From Rebecca billardiae RCC1528 (Eukaryota; Protista; Haptophyta), in NCBI GenBank assembly GCA_965240325.2, contig OZ251223.1, forward strand, positions 2,170,001-2,234,000: a stretch of DNA of 64,000 nucleotides, read 5' to 3'. Shown one piece after another: positions 8,700-19,201 of this stretch (positions within the stretch are counted from its first letter, which is position 1; every line of letters starts with the position of its first letter). The notes under the pieces are model-generated. The model ran no database searches and was not told the DNA's origin. It worked only from the letters and a program-made list of their open reading frames with translations. Made by a program: the position numbers and the translations under genes.

Positions 8700-11189
8700 T
8701 CATCGACATGCATCATCAGCATGCAGTAGACGAGTTGATGATGCTGCGGCCTCTACCGCCACTGGCACTGCTGCCGCCGAGTCTGGCGTCGCGACGGAGA
8801 GCCCACCCGCCTTGCGCCGCGCCGTATGCGGCGAGCTCGCCTCTGCCGCGGAGAGGATCGCGCTCACCTCCTCGATCGCCTCGCGCCTGCTCGCGCGCTC
8901 CAGATCCCCCGCGGACGAGACACGGCTGATGCCGAGCCGTCCGCTGCTGGGCTTGGAGCGCCATGCAGGGCTGGCGGGGAGCATGCTCGCCGTCGAGGGG
9001 TCGGCCTCGCCCGCAAGCGTGCTGCTTGGACTCCTCGACACCACCGGCGTGAGGCTCGAAGCGCCGCTGCAGCGCTCGCACGGTAGCTCGCCCTCACAGC
9101 TGTCGCGCGTGCTGGTGCTGCTGGTGCTGCCGCGCGCGCGCAGCGCCGCCACGTCGTGCAGCTCCTTGCGCACGCACGCGCGCTTGATGTCGGCGAGGGC
9201 GGGGAAGAGTGCGCGGCAGCTCCATTCGTCCACGAAGCTGTCGAACCGGAGCTGCCAGTCCTCCGCGGGTCGCCCGATGAAGCTGGCGTCCGCGCCGCCG
9301 CCGCCGTGCGCACTCGGCGCGCCCATCGCCTCGCGCCGCCACGCACAGAGGCGCGCGTGGCCCTCCTCGAGCGCGGCGGCCAGGGGTGCCTCGCCCAGCC
9401 GGCGCGCGAGCTCGAGCCACGGCTCGAACAGCTCGGCGCGCGCGCTCTCCCCGCGCGATGCCACGCGGCAGAGGTCAACGGCGATCAGCGCGAGCGCGGT
9501 CGCCCGCGCGTACCGCTCGAACGCGGCGACGGACGTGTAGCGCGCGTGCACGAGCGCGGTCAGAACGTCGCGGTCGGCGGCGTGCGTGCACTGCGCGGAG
9601 TGCACGGTGAAGCTCTCGACGCTGCGGACGAAGAGCAGCGTCGTGCTGCCGCTCATGAACGGCTGCGCGCACACGCGCATCGCCTCGGGCCCGTGCGTGA
9701 CGAGGAAGGTCACCCACTCCACCACGCACCACAGCCGCGTGAAGTAGTGCCACGAGAGGAGCACGAGCATGCGCTCGCACCGCAGCGCAAAGTCCGGGAG
9801 GTGCTCGATGCAGTACTGCTTGAGCACGGGCTCCTGCGGGATGCACGCCTTGTCCACGAAGAGCGTCGCGGCACGCCAGCTCTCCTCGCCGCACGCCTCG
9901 CGCAGCGCGTCGCGCAGCGCGGTGGCCTTGCGCTCCGCGTAGCAGCAGCGCGAGCCCATCAGCCGCTCCCAGCCGTCGGGCGCGGCCCACGCGTGCGAGA
10001 CGAAGAAGTCGGCGTACTCAGCGGGAGCCGAGAGAAGGATGTCGGAGGGGCGGCTGTTGGACGCCGCCCAGAAGCCGCGCGCGCGGCGCAGCTCGCGGCT
10101 CTCCTCCCAGCCCGCGCACAGCCGGCGCGCGGGCGCCGCGCGCATGAGCTGGTCGGTGAGCTGCGGCTCGGGGTGCACCTCGGCGCGCGGGGCGAACCAG
10201 CCACGCCGCCGTGGCGAGGACGCCTTGCGCGAGAGCACGGCGAGGACGAGCTGCGTGCGCATGCGCCCTGCGAGGCCGGAGAGCCAACCCGCGCTGCCCT
10301 CCTCCTCCGCTTCCTCCTCCTTGGCCGACGGCGCATCCACCACCGCCACTCTGCCCGCGGAGAGCGGCTGCTGCTGCTGCTGCCGCTGCTGCCGTTGCTG
10401 CGGCCGCGGCTGCGGCGGCGGCGCGACGGTCGCGACGCTGCGTGTGCTCATCGCGCCGGCAGCACGCGAGAAGACGCTGTGCCAGGTGGCGGCGGCGTGG
10501 GCGTGCGCGCGCGAGCGAGACTTTGGCGCGTCCGGCGCCGCCGGCCGTGCCGCCGCCGGAAGGCTCGAAGGCGCGCGCGCTCCCTCGGCAGGCGTAACAG
10601 TCACGTGCCATGCAGCGTCCGCGCCGGCAAACGCCGCGCGCGCCTCGGCGGCGCACATGCGGCGCATCTCGACGCGCTCGGCATGCAGCAGGCGCGCCGC
10701 CTCGACGATCGCGCCCTCAGCCACGGGTGCGAAGAGCGCCCCGCGGACCGACAAGTACGCGAACTCGACCGTGTGCGGAGCAACCGTTGCCGATGTGTCG
10801 TCGCCATCCTCGTGCGCAGTGCGCAGCGCAAAGCTCGGGAAGCTCGAGTGGCGGAAGGCGGACTCGAGGTTGCTGTGCAGCATGTTGATGTGGCTGAGGA
10901 ACTCGACGACTGTGTCACCCATCGCGCGCAGACGCCGGTAAGTCTCGCCCACAGCAACGTAGCGCACGAACGCCTCGCCGAACGCGCGCAGCGCGTCGTC
11001 GAAGCTGAGCCCGAGCTCGTCCGCGGCGGCGCTGACGAGGCGCAGGGTGAGTTCGTCCGCGTGCTGCACGAGCTCGAGCAGCAGCGTCTCGTCGGCTGCG
11101 CCCACTCGTTGCAGGACGGCGGCCCACGCGGCGGCGCCGCGCGTCTCCTCCACGAGTTCCTTGAGGACGACGTGCACGAGGCCGAACAT
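8700..11189 (-). CDS. H-NOX (HNOB heme NO-binding) domain fused to TIR/HET-like domain, 829 aa, single exon
   Basis: N-terminus MFGLVH..L..LV, FG..F, FLSHINMLH (proximal His), FPSF and YLSVR (YxSxR). Central part ADFFVSHAW...LFVDKACIPQ...YFTRLWCVVEW...AQC..AADRDVL. Confidence 0.85.
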   Translation of the reverse strand: MFGLVHVVLKELVEETRGAAAWAAVLQRVGAADETLLLELVQHADELTLRLVSAAADELGLSFDDALRAFGEAFVRYVAVGETYRRLRAMGDTVVEFLSHINMLHSNLESAFRHSSFPSFALRTAHEDGDDTSATVAPHTVEFAYLSVRGALFAPVAEGAIVEAARLLHAERVEMRRMCAAEARAAFAGADAAWHVTVTPAEGARAPSSLPAAARPAAPDAPKSRSRAHAHAAATWHSVFSRAAGAMSTRSVATVAPPPQPRPQQRQQRQQQQQPLSAGRVAVVDAPSAKEEEAEEEGSAGWLSGLAGRMRTQLVLAVLSRKASSPRRRGWFAPRAEVHPEPQLTDQLMRAAPARRLCAGWEESRELRRARGFWAASNSRPSDILLSAPAEYADFFVSHAWAAPDGWERLMGSRCCYAERKATALRDALREACGEESWRAATLFVDKACIPQEPVLKQYCIEHLPDFALRCERMLVLLSWHYFTRLWCVVEWVTFLVTHGPEAMRVCAQPFMSGSTTLLFVRSVESFTVHSAQCTHAADRDVLTALVHARYTSVAAFERYARATALALIAVDLCRVASRGESARAELFEPWLELARRLGEAPLAAALEEGHARLCAWRREAMGAPSAHGGGGADASFIGRPAEDWQLRFDSFVDEWSCRALFPALADIKRACVRKELHDVAALRARGSTSSTSTRDSCEGELPCERCSGASSLTPVVSRSPSSTLAGEADPSTASMLPASPAWRSKPSSGRLGISRVSSAGDLERASRREAIEEVSAILSAAEASSPHTARRKAGGLSVATPDSAAAVPVAVEAAASSTRLLHADDACR

Positions 11190-11747
11190 GCCGCCTCGGG
11201 CGGGAACAGTGGGAAGCGAGAAGGTCGGAAGGCGCGGTTCGCGCCGAAAGTCCGATTCCCCGGTCTCGGACGTTATTATTATATAAAACAGACCGGCGCA
11301 GGCAGGTCATTCTCAGGGGCGCGGGCTCCGCCGCCGGGTGATCAGACTGGCCAGGGCGGCCGAAGCCTCCAGCCCTACCGGCCTGGCCAGCCCCCAACCA
11401 CGATCGCCTGATTCTCACAGGGCCTATGATACTCATGGAATATTTTGACGGGTTCACGATTCGGTCCGTCCTAGACTGCCGACAACGGCATTCGTCCCAA
11501 AACGACAACCATCTCGCAGTAGCCTGATAATGCCGACACCAACCAATTTACTCTCTACCAGTACCCGCCAGTCTGATGAACAGCGTGGATGTGTGAAAAG
11601 GAGGCAAGTCCGAACTAGAAACGGTGTAAACGCACCATCTTATCATACTAAATGTGAATCGTCATTTGTCATTGAGAAGGATTCCAGCGAATTCGTCCTT
11701 GCGTGTTGGCATCCGCTCGTCCGAAGACCGGTCACGAGCCATCATCC

Positions 11748-13455
11748 ATGGGACGCTCCGCCGACCCCTCGCTCGCCGCATGGCTCGCTGGTCTCGGCCT
11801 GCCCTCGCTCAGCGTGCAGTATGCCGCGCTCATGTGCTCCGCCGGTACGCAAGACGCCGTCGCGGCGCGCTCAAACGAATGCGCCCGTCCGCCCGTCGGC
11901 TTCCTCACACGCCGCGCGCCCGACCCATTCATGGGGCCCGTTACGTGCGCAGGTCTTGATCCGCGCACAGAGGCCGTCACGGAACGGCAACTTGCTGCGC
12001 TCGACGGGCTGCAAAATCCGGTGCACCAACGCAAGATTGCGCTCGCATCATCGCGCATGAACCCCGAGCCTCGTCATGGGATGCAGCACCCGTCGCGCTC
12101 GTGCGCCGACCTGCAGAGTGCCTTGCCAGTTTGCAGCGGCAACCTGACCGAGCCGAGCGTCCCGCCAAGGTGTACCTCGTTCCCCGACCTGTCGCTGCTT
12201 GGTTCGCGCCTCGAGACGATCGCCGCTTGGACATTCGAGCGCGCGCCGCTACTGACCCCGGACGTCCAGGCCAGCTTCGACTCCACCAACAAGAGCGACT
12301 CGTCGCCTGGCTTCAGCGCGTGAGCGCGCGCACGCGCCTCATCCCGCGCCCGATTGGCTGGTTGCTGTGCCTCACACTGCTCACGGGGCCACGGCGCTTG
12401 CTGCTGTGCCCTCCACCCAACCATCTCCACCGCGTGCTCGTCATCAGCTCATCGCCGTGCGTACCTCCCCGCGGCACCACCGCCCACCCCTCCTCTCTCT
12501 GCGTCGCCCTCCGAACGCCATCAGACTGGCCATGCCCGTCTTTGCCACCGTTCGCGCTGCCGCCGACGAAGAGGACTGCTCGCGCGGCGCACAGGCGCCC
12601 AACGGCAAGGAGGTGCTCTCTCGCCAACCAACCAGATCGGCACTCCTCGCCGCCGACATCCAGCCACGCGCGGCTGGTCGTGCGCACGCGCGCAACGAGC
12701 ACAGCAAGTACGAGGTCCTCGGCGATCATCTGATGCCACACGTGGGGAAGCTGCGCGCGCAGGGTCGCTCTCCACATCGCGTGCAGCTCCCGCGGGACGA
12801 GGCATTTTGCTCGGTGCGTCCGAACGTGAGGATGCGTGCGGGCTCGCACGCGTTCGTCGTCGTCCCCGGCGAGAGCCAGCTGCGCGTGAGCATGCACACC
12901 GCCGCGTTCGGCACGGCGAGCGGCCATCCGCATCTTGCCGACGAACAGCCCGTCCTCTTCGCCGGCGAGCTGCTGCTCGACGACCAGGCGCGGCTGCTGG
13001 CGTGGAGTAACGTGACGGGGACGTACAAGGCGCCGCGCGAGCTCGCGGCGCAGCTCGACCTGCCCCTCGAGCTCTTCTGGAGCGTGATGGAAGCGGAAGA
13101 GGTGCTGCGTGAGCTGCCGGCGCACGGCGAGGGTGGCGCGCAACTGGCGGACGCAGACCGCCCGAGCGTGATCAGCCGCAGACGGCTGGACGCGCGCTTT
13201 GGCTTGGGCAACCATCATCAGCTGCCGTCAGGCGACGTGCTCGTGCGCGATATGGCGCGATGTGCGGCGAATGAGCGCCTACCGCTGCCAGCAGGCAGCT
13301 GGCGGGCAGCGGTTGATTCAGCGGCCACAACGTCCGACCAGCAGGGCCACGCCCAGGGGGCAGTGCGAGCCGGGGACGGGATCAGATACGGCACGACGGC
13401 ACTGCTGCCATCAGGCACGCGGTGGCATACGAGTGCACCGGTGGCGGTGGCGTAG
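11748..13455 (+). CDS. SAM-domain protein with C-terminal IQM-like/toxin-like domain; introns 11845-11952 and 12320-12524
   Basis: The spliced N-terminus LAAWLAGLGL...QYAALMCSAG|LDP..VTERQLAALDGLQNPVHQRKI is SAM-like. The second intron joins in frame to ORF 12367-13455, which has GHPHLADEQPVLFAGELLL...WSNVTGTYKAP. Confidence 0.6.
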
Positions 13456-13742
13456 TCACGCATTGACTCAAACGCTGCAGGCGTCGATCGACAACAGCTG
13501 CACAGCTGAAGTGACGCTGAATCGACGCGCCCGGCTTCGCAGACAAGGCGCCCGCCAAGGTGGTCTGCGATGTGCAGTCATTCACGCCTCCTCCGCATGA
13601 AGAGTCCTGCTAGCATTTATTTCATCAATTTCGGCAAATAACGCGCATTTGGATTTTTTGACCCTCGTCTCGGATCTCGCGCGGCGCCCGCCGCACGCGT
13701 GCGTCGAGGAGCACTCGACCAGCGAGGTTCGAAAGACGAGCG

Positions 13743-14596
13743 ATGTGGGCGCGAATGCGGTCTTCCTACTGGTGCGCCGTGGCGTGCCTTGCGTGCGCTG
13801 TGAGAAGCGCAGCTGCATCGTCCGTGGGCGAGTCCTCGAACGCCGCGCCTGCCAAAGTAGTCCTCATCACGGGTGCCGGCTCGGGCATTGGAGCCGCGGT
13901 GAGTGTCGCCCTGGCCGCCGAGGGATGCCGCGTCGCACTTGCCGGCCGGCGTGCAGATGCCCTCCAGGCTACGGCCAGCCAGATCCGAGAGGCGGGCGGG
14001 GAGGCGCTCGTTTGCCCGGTGGACGTAACTGACGAAGAGTCCGTTGCGCGCCTCTTCTCAGCGGTCGAGGCCGAATACGGCCGGCTCGACGTTCTCTTCA
14101 ACAATGCCGGTGCGGTCGCACTTGGCACTCCCATCGACGAGCTCGACTATGCGGACTGGCGTCGGGTGATCAACGTCAACCTGTCTGGCGCGTTCTTGTG
14201 TACGCGCGAGGCGTTTCGGCTGATGAAGCGGCAACGCCCCAAGGGCGGGCGCATCATTAACAACGGCAGCGTCTCCGCGCAAACCCCGCGGCCCGGATCG
14301 GCAGCGTACACATCGAGCAAGCATGGCCTCACCGGCCTCACGCGTGCGAGTGCGCTCGACGGGCGCGAGCACACATCGCTGTGGGGCAGCTGGACATCGG
14401 GAACGCACGCACTCAGATGACCGCTGGGATCGCCCGCGGCATCCGACAGGCGGATGGCTCGATGAAGGCCGAGCCCGTGATGGAGCTGGAGCCGGTCGTG
14501 CGCGCGCTCGTGCTCATGGCGCTGCTGCCACCCGATGTGAATGTGCTCTCGATGACGATGCTCGCCACCGGCATGCCGTTCGTTGGGCGTGGCTGA
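13743..14596 (+). pseudogene. Short-chain dehydrogenase/reductase (bacterial-type) with a 1-nt frameshift near 14373 (pseudogene or assembly error)
   Basis: [16 protein letters not shown] and YTSSK motifs lie in ORF 13743-14420. The conserved tail GQLDIGNA...MLATGMPFVGRG is in the other frame (14381-14596). Confidence 0.85.
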
Positions 14597-15644
14597 CGTG
14601 TCCTTTCCGCCCTCGAGTGAGTCGCGTTGTCAGTACCCGTCGTAGCAGTATAGTTAGCGCGCATCATATAAGTATGACTATGACTGCTACTGTAGACGTA
14701 GTGGCCCGGACCCGGTCCGCGAACGCGGAACTGGCGGAGCCGACCGCGGCCGGCCGGCCCGCCGCCGCCGGCGCAGGGCCTAGCCCTAAGCCTGAGTAAG
14801 GCTAAGTGCTGGCAGTGCTTCCGATTCACGCGGATATATAATTCGTATGCGGCACAGGCCGCACACGCGACACAGTGACAGTAGTGACGACTGATGATCT
14901 ATATGATGACGATAGATCGACTACTTTGGACGCCGACCCGTGGACAGACTCAAAGACCGTCTAGCACAGATGACACACGGACACTGTCGGAGTCACTCGG
15001 AGTGGTCGGACATTACTCCATTCACTCTGACACTAGTCGTCACATCATGATCAGTATGAGATTACTACTAAGAATCAGTAACGCTGCTACTAGGCTCGGA
15101 CAATCTCGGACAGAGTCCGAGAGACCGTAAAGCTGACTCGCGTGCCGGCCACCGCCGTCATGCCGCGGCGCCAATGCTGTCTGTGTCAGGCGGGCACTGT
15201 CAGTGACTGCCTGTCAGTGACACTGACAATCACCGAGTCTTAGGTTCTAAGCAGAGTAGTGTGCCAAGGCGCGGCAATAAATATATATAAGTTATTATTA
15301 TATGGCGTCACTAATATAATCGGAAACGCTGCCTATATATCCGACGGAGTCCGAGACGTCGATGGCATCCGCGAGACGCCGAGCGAGAGCTTGCCGGAGC
15401 TACTGAGTTGCGGGCGCAGAGGGCGCAGACGAGGGCGCGGAGGGCGCCGTGTGGCCTGCTCGGGTCAGCACATGGCGGCAGTGCCATGTGCCATGCGCCG
15501 ATGAGGCATCGCTGTCCGCACCCATGAGTAGTTAGCTTAGATTAGTAACTTAGAACCCGGATTATGATGCGACATGCGTCAACTACATTGCTGCCATCAC
15601 GGGGCGCTTCGGCTTTCCCCAAGCAGGGCACTGTTTGATGATGG

Positions 15645-16520
15645 TCAGGGGTTGGTCTGGTCCAACGCGCGCGATGCGAGACACATGCGCGCCGTCCTGG
15701 CAGCGTCTGTAATAGGCTGGAGAGTGGGGATGCACCTGGCTCGGCTGGGCGGAGGCTCGAGCTCGTACACGTGCTCATACGCCTCGAGGGCGACTGTGAG
15801 CCCGCGCTCACGGGCGACGATCTGCGCCATCGCCTTGTACGCGAAGCGCCGGTACGCCCAGCCTTCCCCGGGCCGCCAGCCATAGTTCGGGACGCTCTTC
15901 TGCGAGACGCCCTCGACCTGCTCCAGGTAGTCGGCGAGCACCAGCGTGCACATGTCGAGGAACTCGTCCTCCGTGAGGCCAAGGTCGAAACAGCCGAGCT
16001 CGGGACGTGCGCGCGCCTGAAGGCGTCGCGGCTCGCCCGGCGACGAGACTGAGGGAGCGCACAGGTCGTCGGAGCCAAGCACGCCGTGGTCGAAGGTCTC
16101 GCGGTCGAGCACGCAGAAGAGCCACGCCAGCCGCTCCGCGCGCGTGCCGATCAAGTCCCGGATGGCCGCGCGCTGGTCGAATGGCAGCGCGAACCCCTGG
16201 AAGCCCTCGGTGCCGTAGATGCTGTGGAAGAGGCCGGCGTTGGCTAGCGCATCATCCGCTGGCACCCATGCGCGCAGGATGGCCTGCACGCCCATCAGGT
16301 GGTGATCAAACGCCTTTGCGCCTGTGTGCTCGAGCGCGTGTGGGACCAGCTGCTTGATCTTGTCATGCAGGGCAGCCACCTGCTCCGACCCACGCTGCAT
16401 GCCGGCATCGCGCCACACGGCGATGCGCTCGCCGACGGCGGACGACGTCGTGGCACGCACCCACGCCCACGGGGTGCGCGGCTGGCCAGCGACGGCACGA
16501 CGGCAAATCGTGCCCGCCAT
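15645..16520 (-). CDS. DUF6817-like (HD-like) protein with transit-peptide-like N-terminus
   Basis: HTG..FDHHLMGVQAILRAW...AGLFHSIYGTEGF...IRDLIGTRAERLAWLFC; intronless. Confidence 0.75.
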   Translation of the reverse strand: MAGTICRRAVAGQPRTPWAWVRATTSSAVGERIAVWRDAGMQRGSEQVAALHDKIKQLVPHALEHTGAKAFDHHLMGVQAILRAWVPADDALANAGLFHSIYGTEGFQGFALPFDQRAAIRDLIGTRAERLAWLFCVLDRETFDHGVLGSDDLCAPSVSSPGEPRRLQARARPELGCFDLGLTEDEFLDMCTLVLADYLEQVEGVSQKSVPNYGWRPGEGWAYRRFAYKAMAQIVARERGLTVALEAYEHVYELEPPPSRARCIPTLQPITDAARTARMCLASRALDQTNP

Positions 16521-17091
16521 TGTTGTCCGGCGTCACTCGCCAGAGCTGGACCAAACCGTCCTGTGCTGTGCACACCGGACTCAGCAGCGCATCTGCAGTT
16601 CTGCACTCAGTCACTCTATCAAGTTTCGTCATCATACTTGTAGGTATTCATACCATTGTCAGGATCACAGCACTCATCAGTCGTCATCACGACCACATCC
16701 CTGCAGCCTCAGGAGACGGTCCGACTCGGTGCTGTCATTGTCCATCGTCGACGTTGCCGTTGGCTTGGCGCGCCCGTACCTCGTGGGCCAACGGGGCCAG
16801 ACTAATTCTATGATTTAAAGACACAGGCACGAGGGCGCAGCTCTCCTGATTCGTCTGTCGAAGTACTGAATGGAGTTAATGGAGGATGTCGGAGCGCGTT
16901 GGCCGCGGGTGAGGGAGTCGTCGTAACCGATGCTGATCACACGGTCACTGAGGTAGTAGGCGCCCGGGGATGCCGCTGTTTTGCAGTCGTCGTCGGCCTT
17001 GGTCATCATGTAGTTGCCCGTGTCGTAGACTGATCTGAGTTCTGATCTATGCCACTTATTCTTCCGCGCCAGTCGGAGTTACTCTAGAGAC

Positions 17092-18909
17092 TCAGACCGT
17101 CTTCTTCCCCGTGAGCGTGAGCTGCTGCCAAAACTTGTGCGTCTCGTCGATCGTCTCCAAGGCGAACTGCCGGCTGAGCGCCTTGCCGCCAAAGCCGAAC
17201 TTGTTCTCGGGCTTGCCATCAGACGTCTTGTACACGCGGAACCACTCGCGCACGGTCGAGACTGCGCTCGGCAGCACGCGCTCGAGGTCATCGAGGTGGT
17301 CGATCTGCGGCGCGAGCGGGTCGTCGACGCTGATGCAGAAGACCTTCCAGTCCGTCTCGCCGTCGTCGATCATGGCGAGCATGCCCAGCACCTTCACCTT
17401 GGTCACCGAGCCCGAGCGCAGCTGCGCCGTGCCAATCTCGACGCCGTCGATCGGGTCGTTGTCGCCGCGGTGCAGCTGAGGCTCCTCCACGTCTGTCGCG
17501 TGGCTTGGGTCCTCCCACGTCTGCGGGAACGCGCCGTAGTTGAAGAGCATGTCGCCGTACGTGTACTCGCGCAGCTTGCCGTTCTTCGTGTCCTGCTTGA
17601 TCGGGTTGAACTCCTCGCCCGTCGCGATCTCGTACTTCTTGCGCGTCCACTTGGGGATCTGCACGGCGCGGCGCGGCGCGGCGGGAGGGCCGTGCGCAAC
17701 GGTGTCCGCCGCGCGCGCGTGTGCGGGGCGAGCGGCGCGCGTGGGCAGGCGTGCCGCCGGCGCGCGGAGACCTCGGCGTGGGCGTGCCGCGCACGCCCCG
17801 CCGGCCGCGCCGACGTGGCGGGGCCTCGCCACGTGCGCCCGCGCGCGCCTCGCACCTCGCAGATGAAATGGCAGTGGCCGTCGCTCGAGTACAGGGGAAT
17901 GTCGTGCCACGGGCTGATGGGCTTGAGCACGCCGAGGTCGTTGTAGTGGAAGTTGAGGCGGAAGGCGAGGGTGCCCGGCTCGCCCGAGGTGGAGACGGAG
18001 AGGTTCTTCAGGTCGAACGCGCCCTCGATCTGCGCCATCAGCTTCTTGAAGCGCTGCGAGTACGCCTGCCCCTTCTTGGAGAGGATGCCGGAGCGCGAGT
18101 GCGCCAGCGTGTACCAGCTCAGGAAGTCGTCAAACGTGATGGCGCCCGACCGGTTGACGTCGATGCGGCGGAAGGCGTCCTCCGCCTCCTCGTCCGTGAT
18201 CGGCTCGCCGAGCGCCTTGTGCAAGGCCTGCAGCTCCTCCTGGTCGATGAAGCCTGGACCAAGCGCAGGGGCGGGTGGGTGGGCGCCGGTGGCGTGGTCG
18301 CTCGGAGCGGGGGCGCGCCCGCGGCCGCGCGCCCCGGCCTGCCGCAGAGCGCGCGCAGCGGCACGCACCAGCGCCAGTGGCGTCAGCCATGGAGAAGACG
18401 GCGCGGAGGCGCGTCACGTCCTCCGCGGGCACGTCCTCATGCTGCGACGCCAGGTTCACCCCGCGTGAGAGCGCCTTGCGCTTGAGCCGCTCGATCTCCT
18501 GCATCAGCCTGACCACCTCCGCCTCCGCCGGCCGCTCCGAGCCGGGCTCGCGGAAGGCGCCCTTGAGGTTGAGGAAGTCGATCTCGGTATTCGAGCGCGG
18601 GCGGAGAGCGCTCGACTGCCCACCGAACCGGCTCTCCGGACCTGGGCTGGTGATGCCGGCCGTGAGCTCCGGAGGCGCAAAGTTGGGTTCAAAGTTCACC
18701 TTTGACAGCCGTGGCGTTGGTTGCGACGACGGCTGCGGCTGCGGCGGCGGCGGCGGGCGCTCCACGCGGCCGCCAGGGGGGACCTGCACGGCGAATGTCA
18801 CCTGATTGTCCCCGATCGCGCGCTGCAGCGAGATGTTGATCGTCGAGTCGAGCTTCATCGCGGCCGCGCGCGTCACCGCATCGCTCACGAGCGCGAGTGC
18901 CTCCTCCAT
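17092..18909 (-). CDS. Soluble inorganic pyrophosphatase with two EF-hands (VSP1-like); introns 18254-18368 and 17659-17855
   Basis: EF-hand loops DATGAG|FIDQEE and DVNRSGAITFDDF. PPase motifs ISPWHDIPL, CE|IPKWT, NPIKQD, NYGAFPQTWEDP, GDNDPID and IDDGETDWK. Confidence 0.92.
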
Positions 18910-19201
18910 GGCGAGCTGCGTACAAGGCGCTTGGCGAGGGGGACGCGCTGCGCGTGAGTGGCAGAGCTCGCGGCTGCGTACGCAAGGCGCCACGCGTGCG
19001 CACCTACGATTCGCGTCGGTGGGAGAGCGTGCGTCTCCGTCAGGTCGTTGGAGTTGATGAACCCCCGCGCGCGCGAGTCCGCGTCCGGCTGCGGGCCGCG
19101 GCTGCCGCAGTGGTGCTGCTATTGCCGACGGTATCTCGCGCGCGATCTCGCTGACAATGCTCAACAGCCCCCCTCCCGCGACGACGTCGCGTGGTTCATC
19201 A

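Noticed and set aside
14780-14806. Telomere-like CCCTAA word
   Set aside because: Single degenerate unit, not an array.
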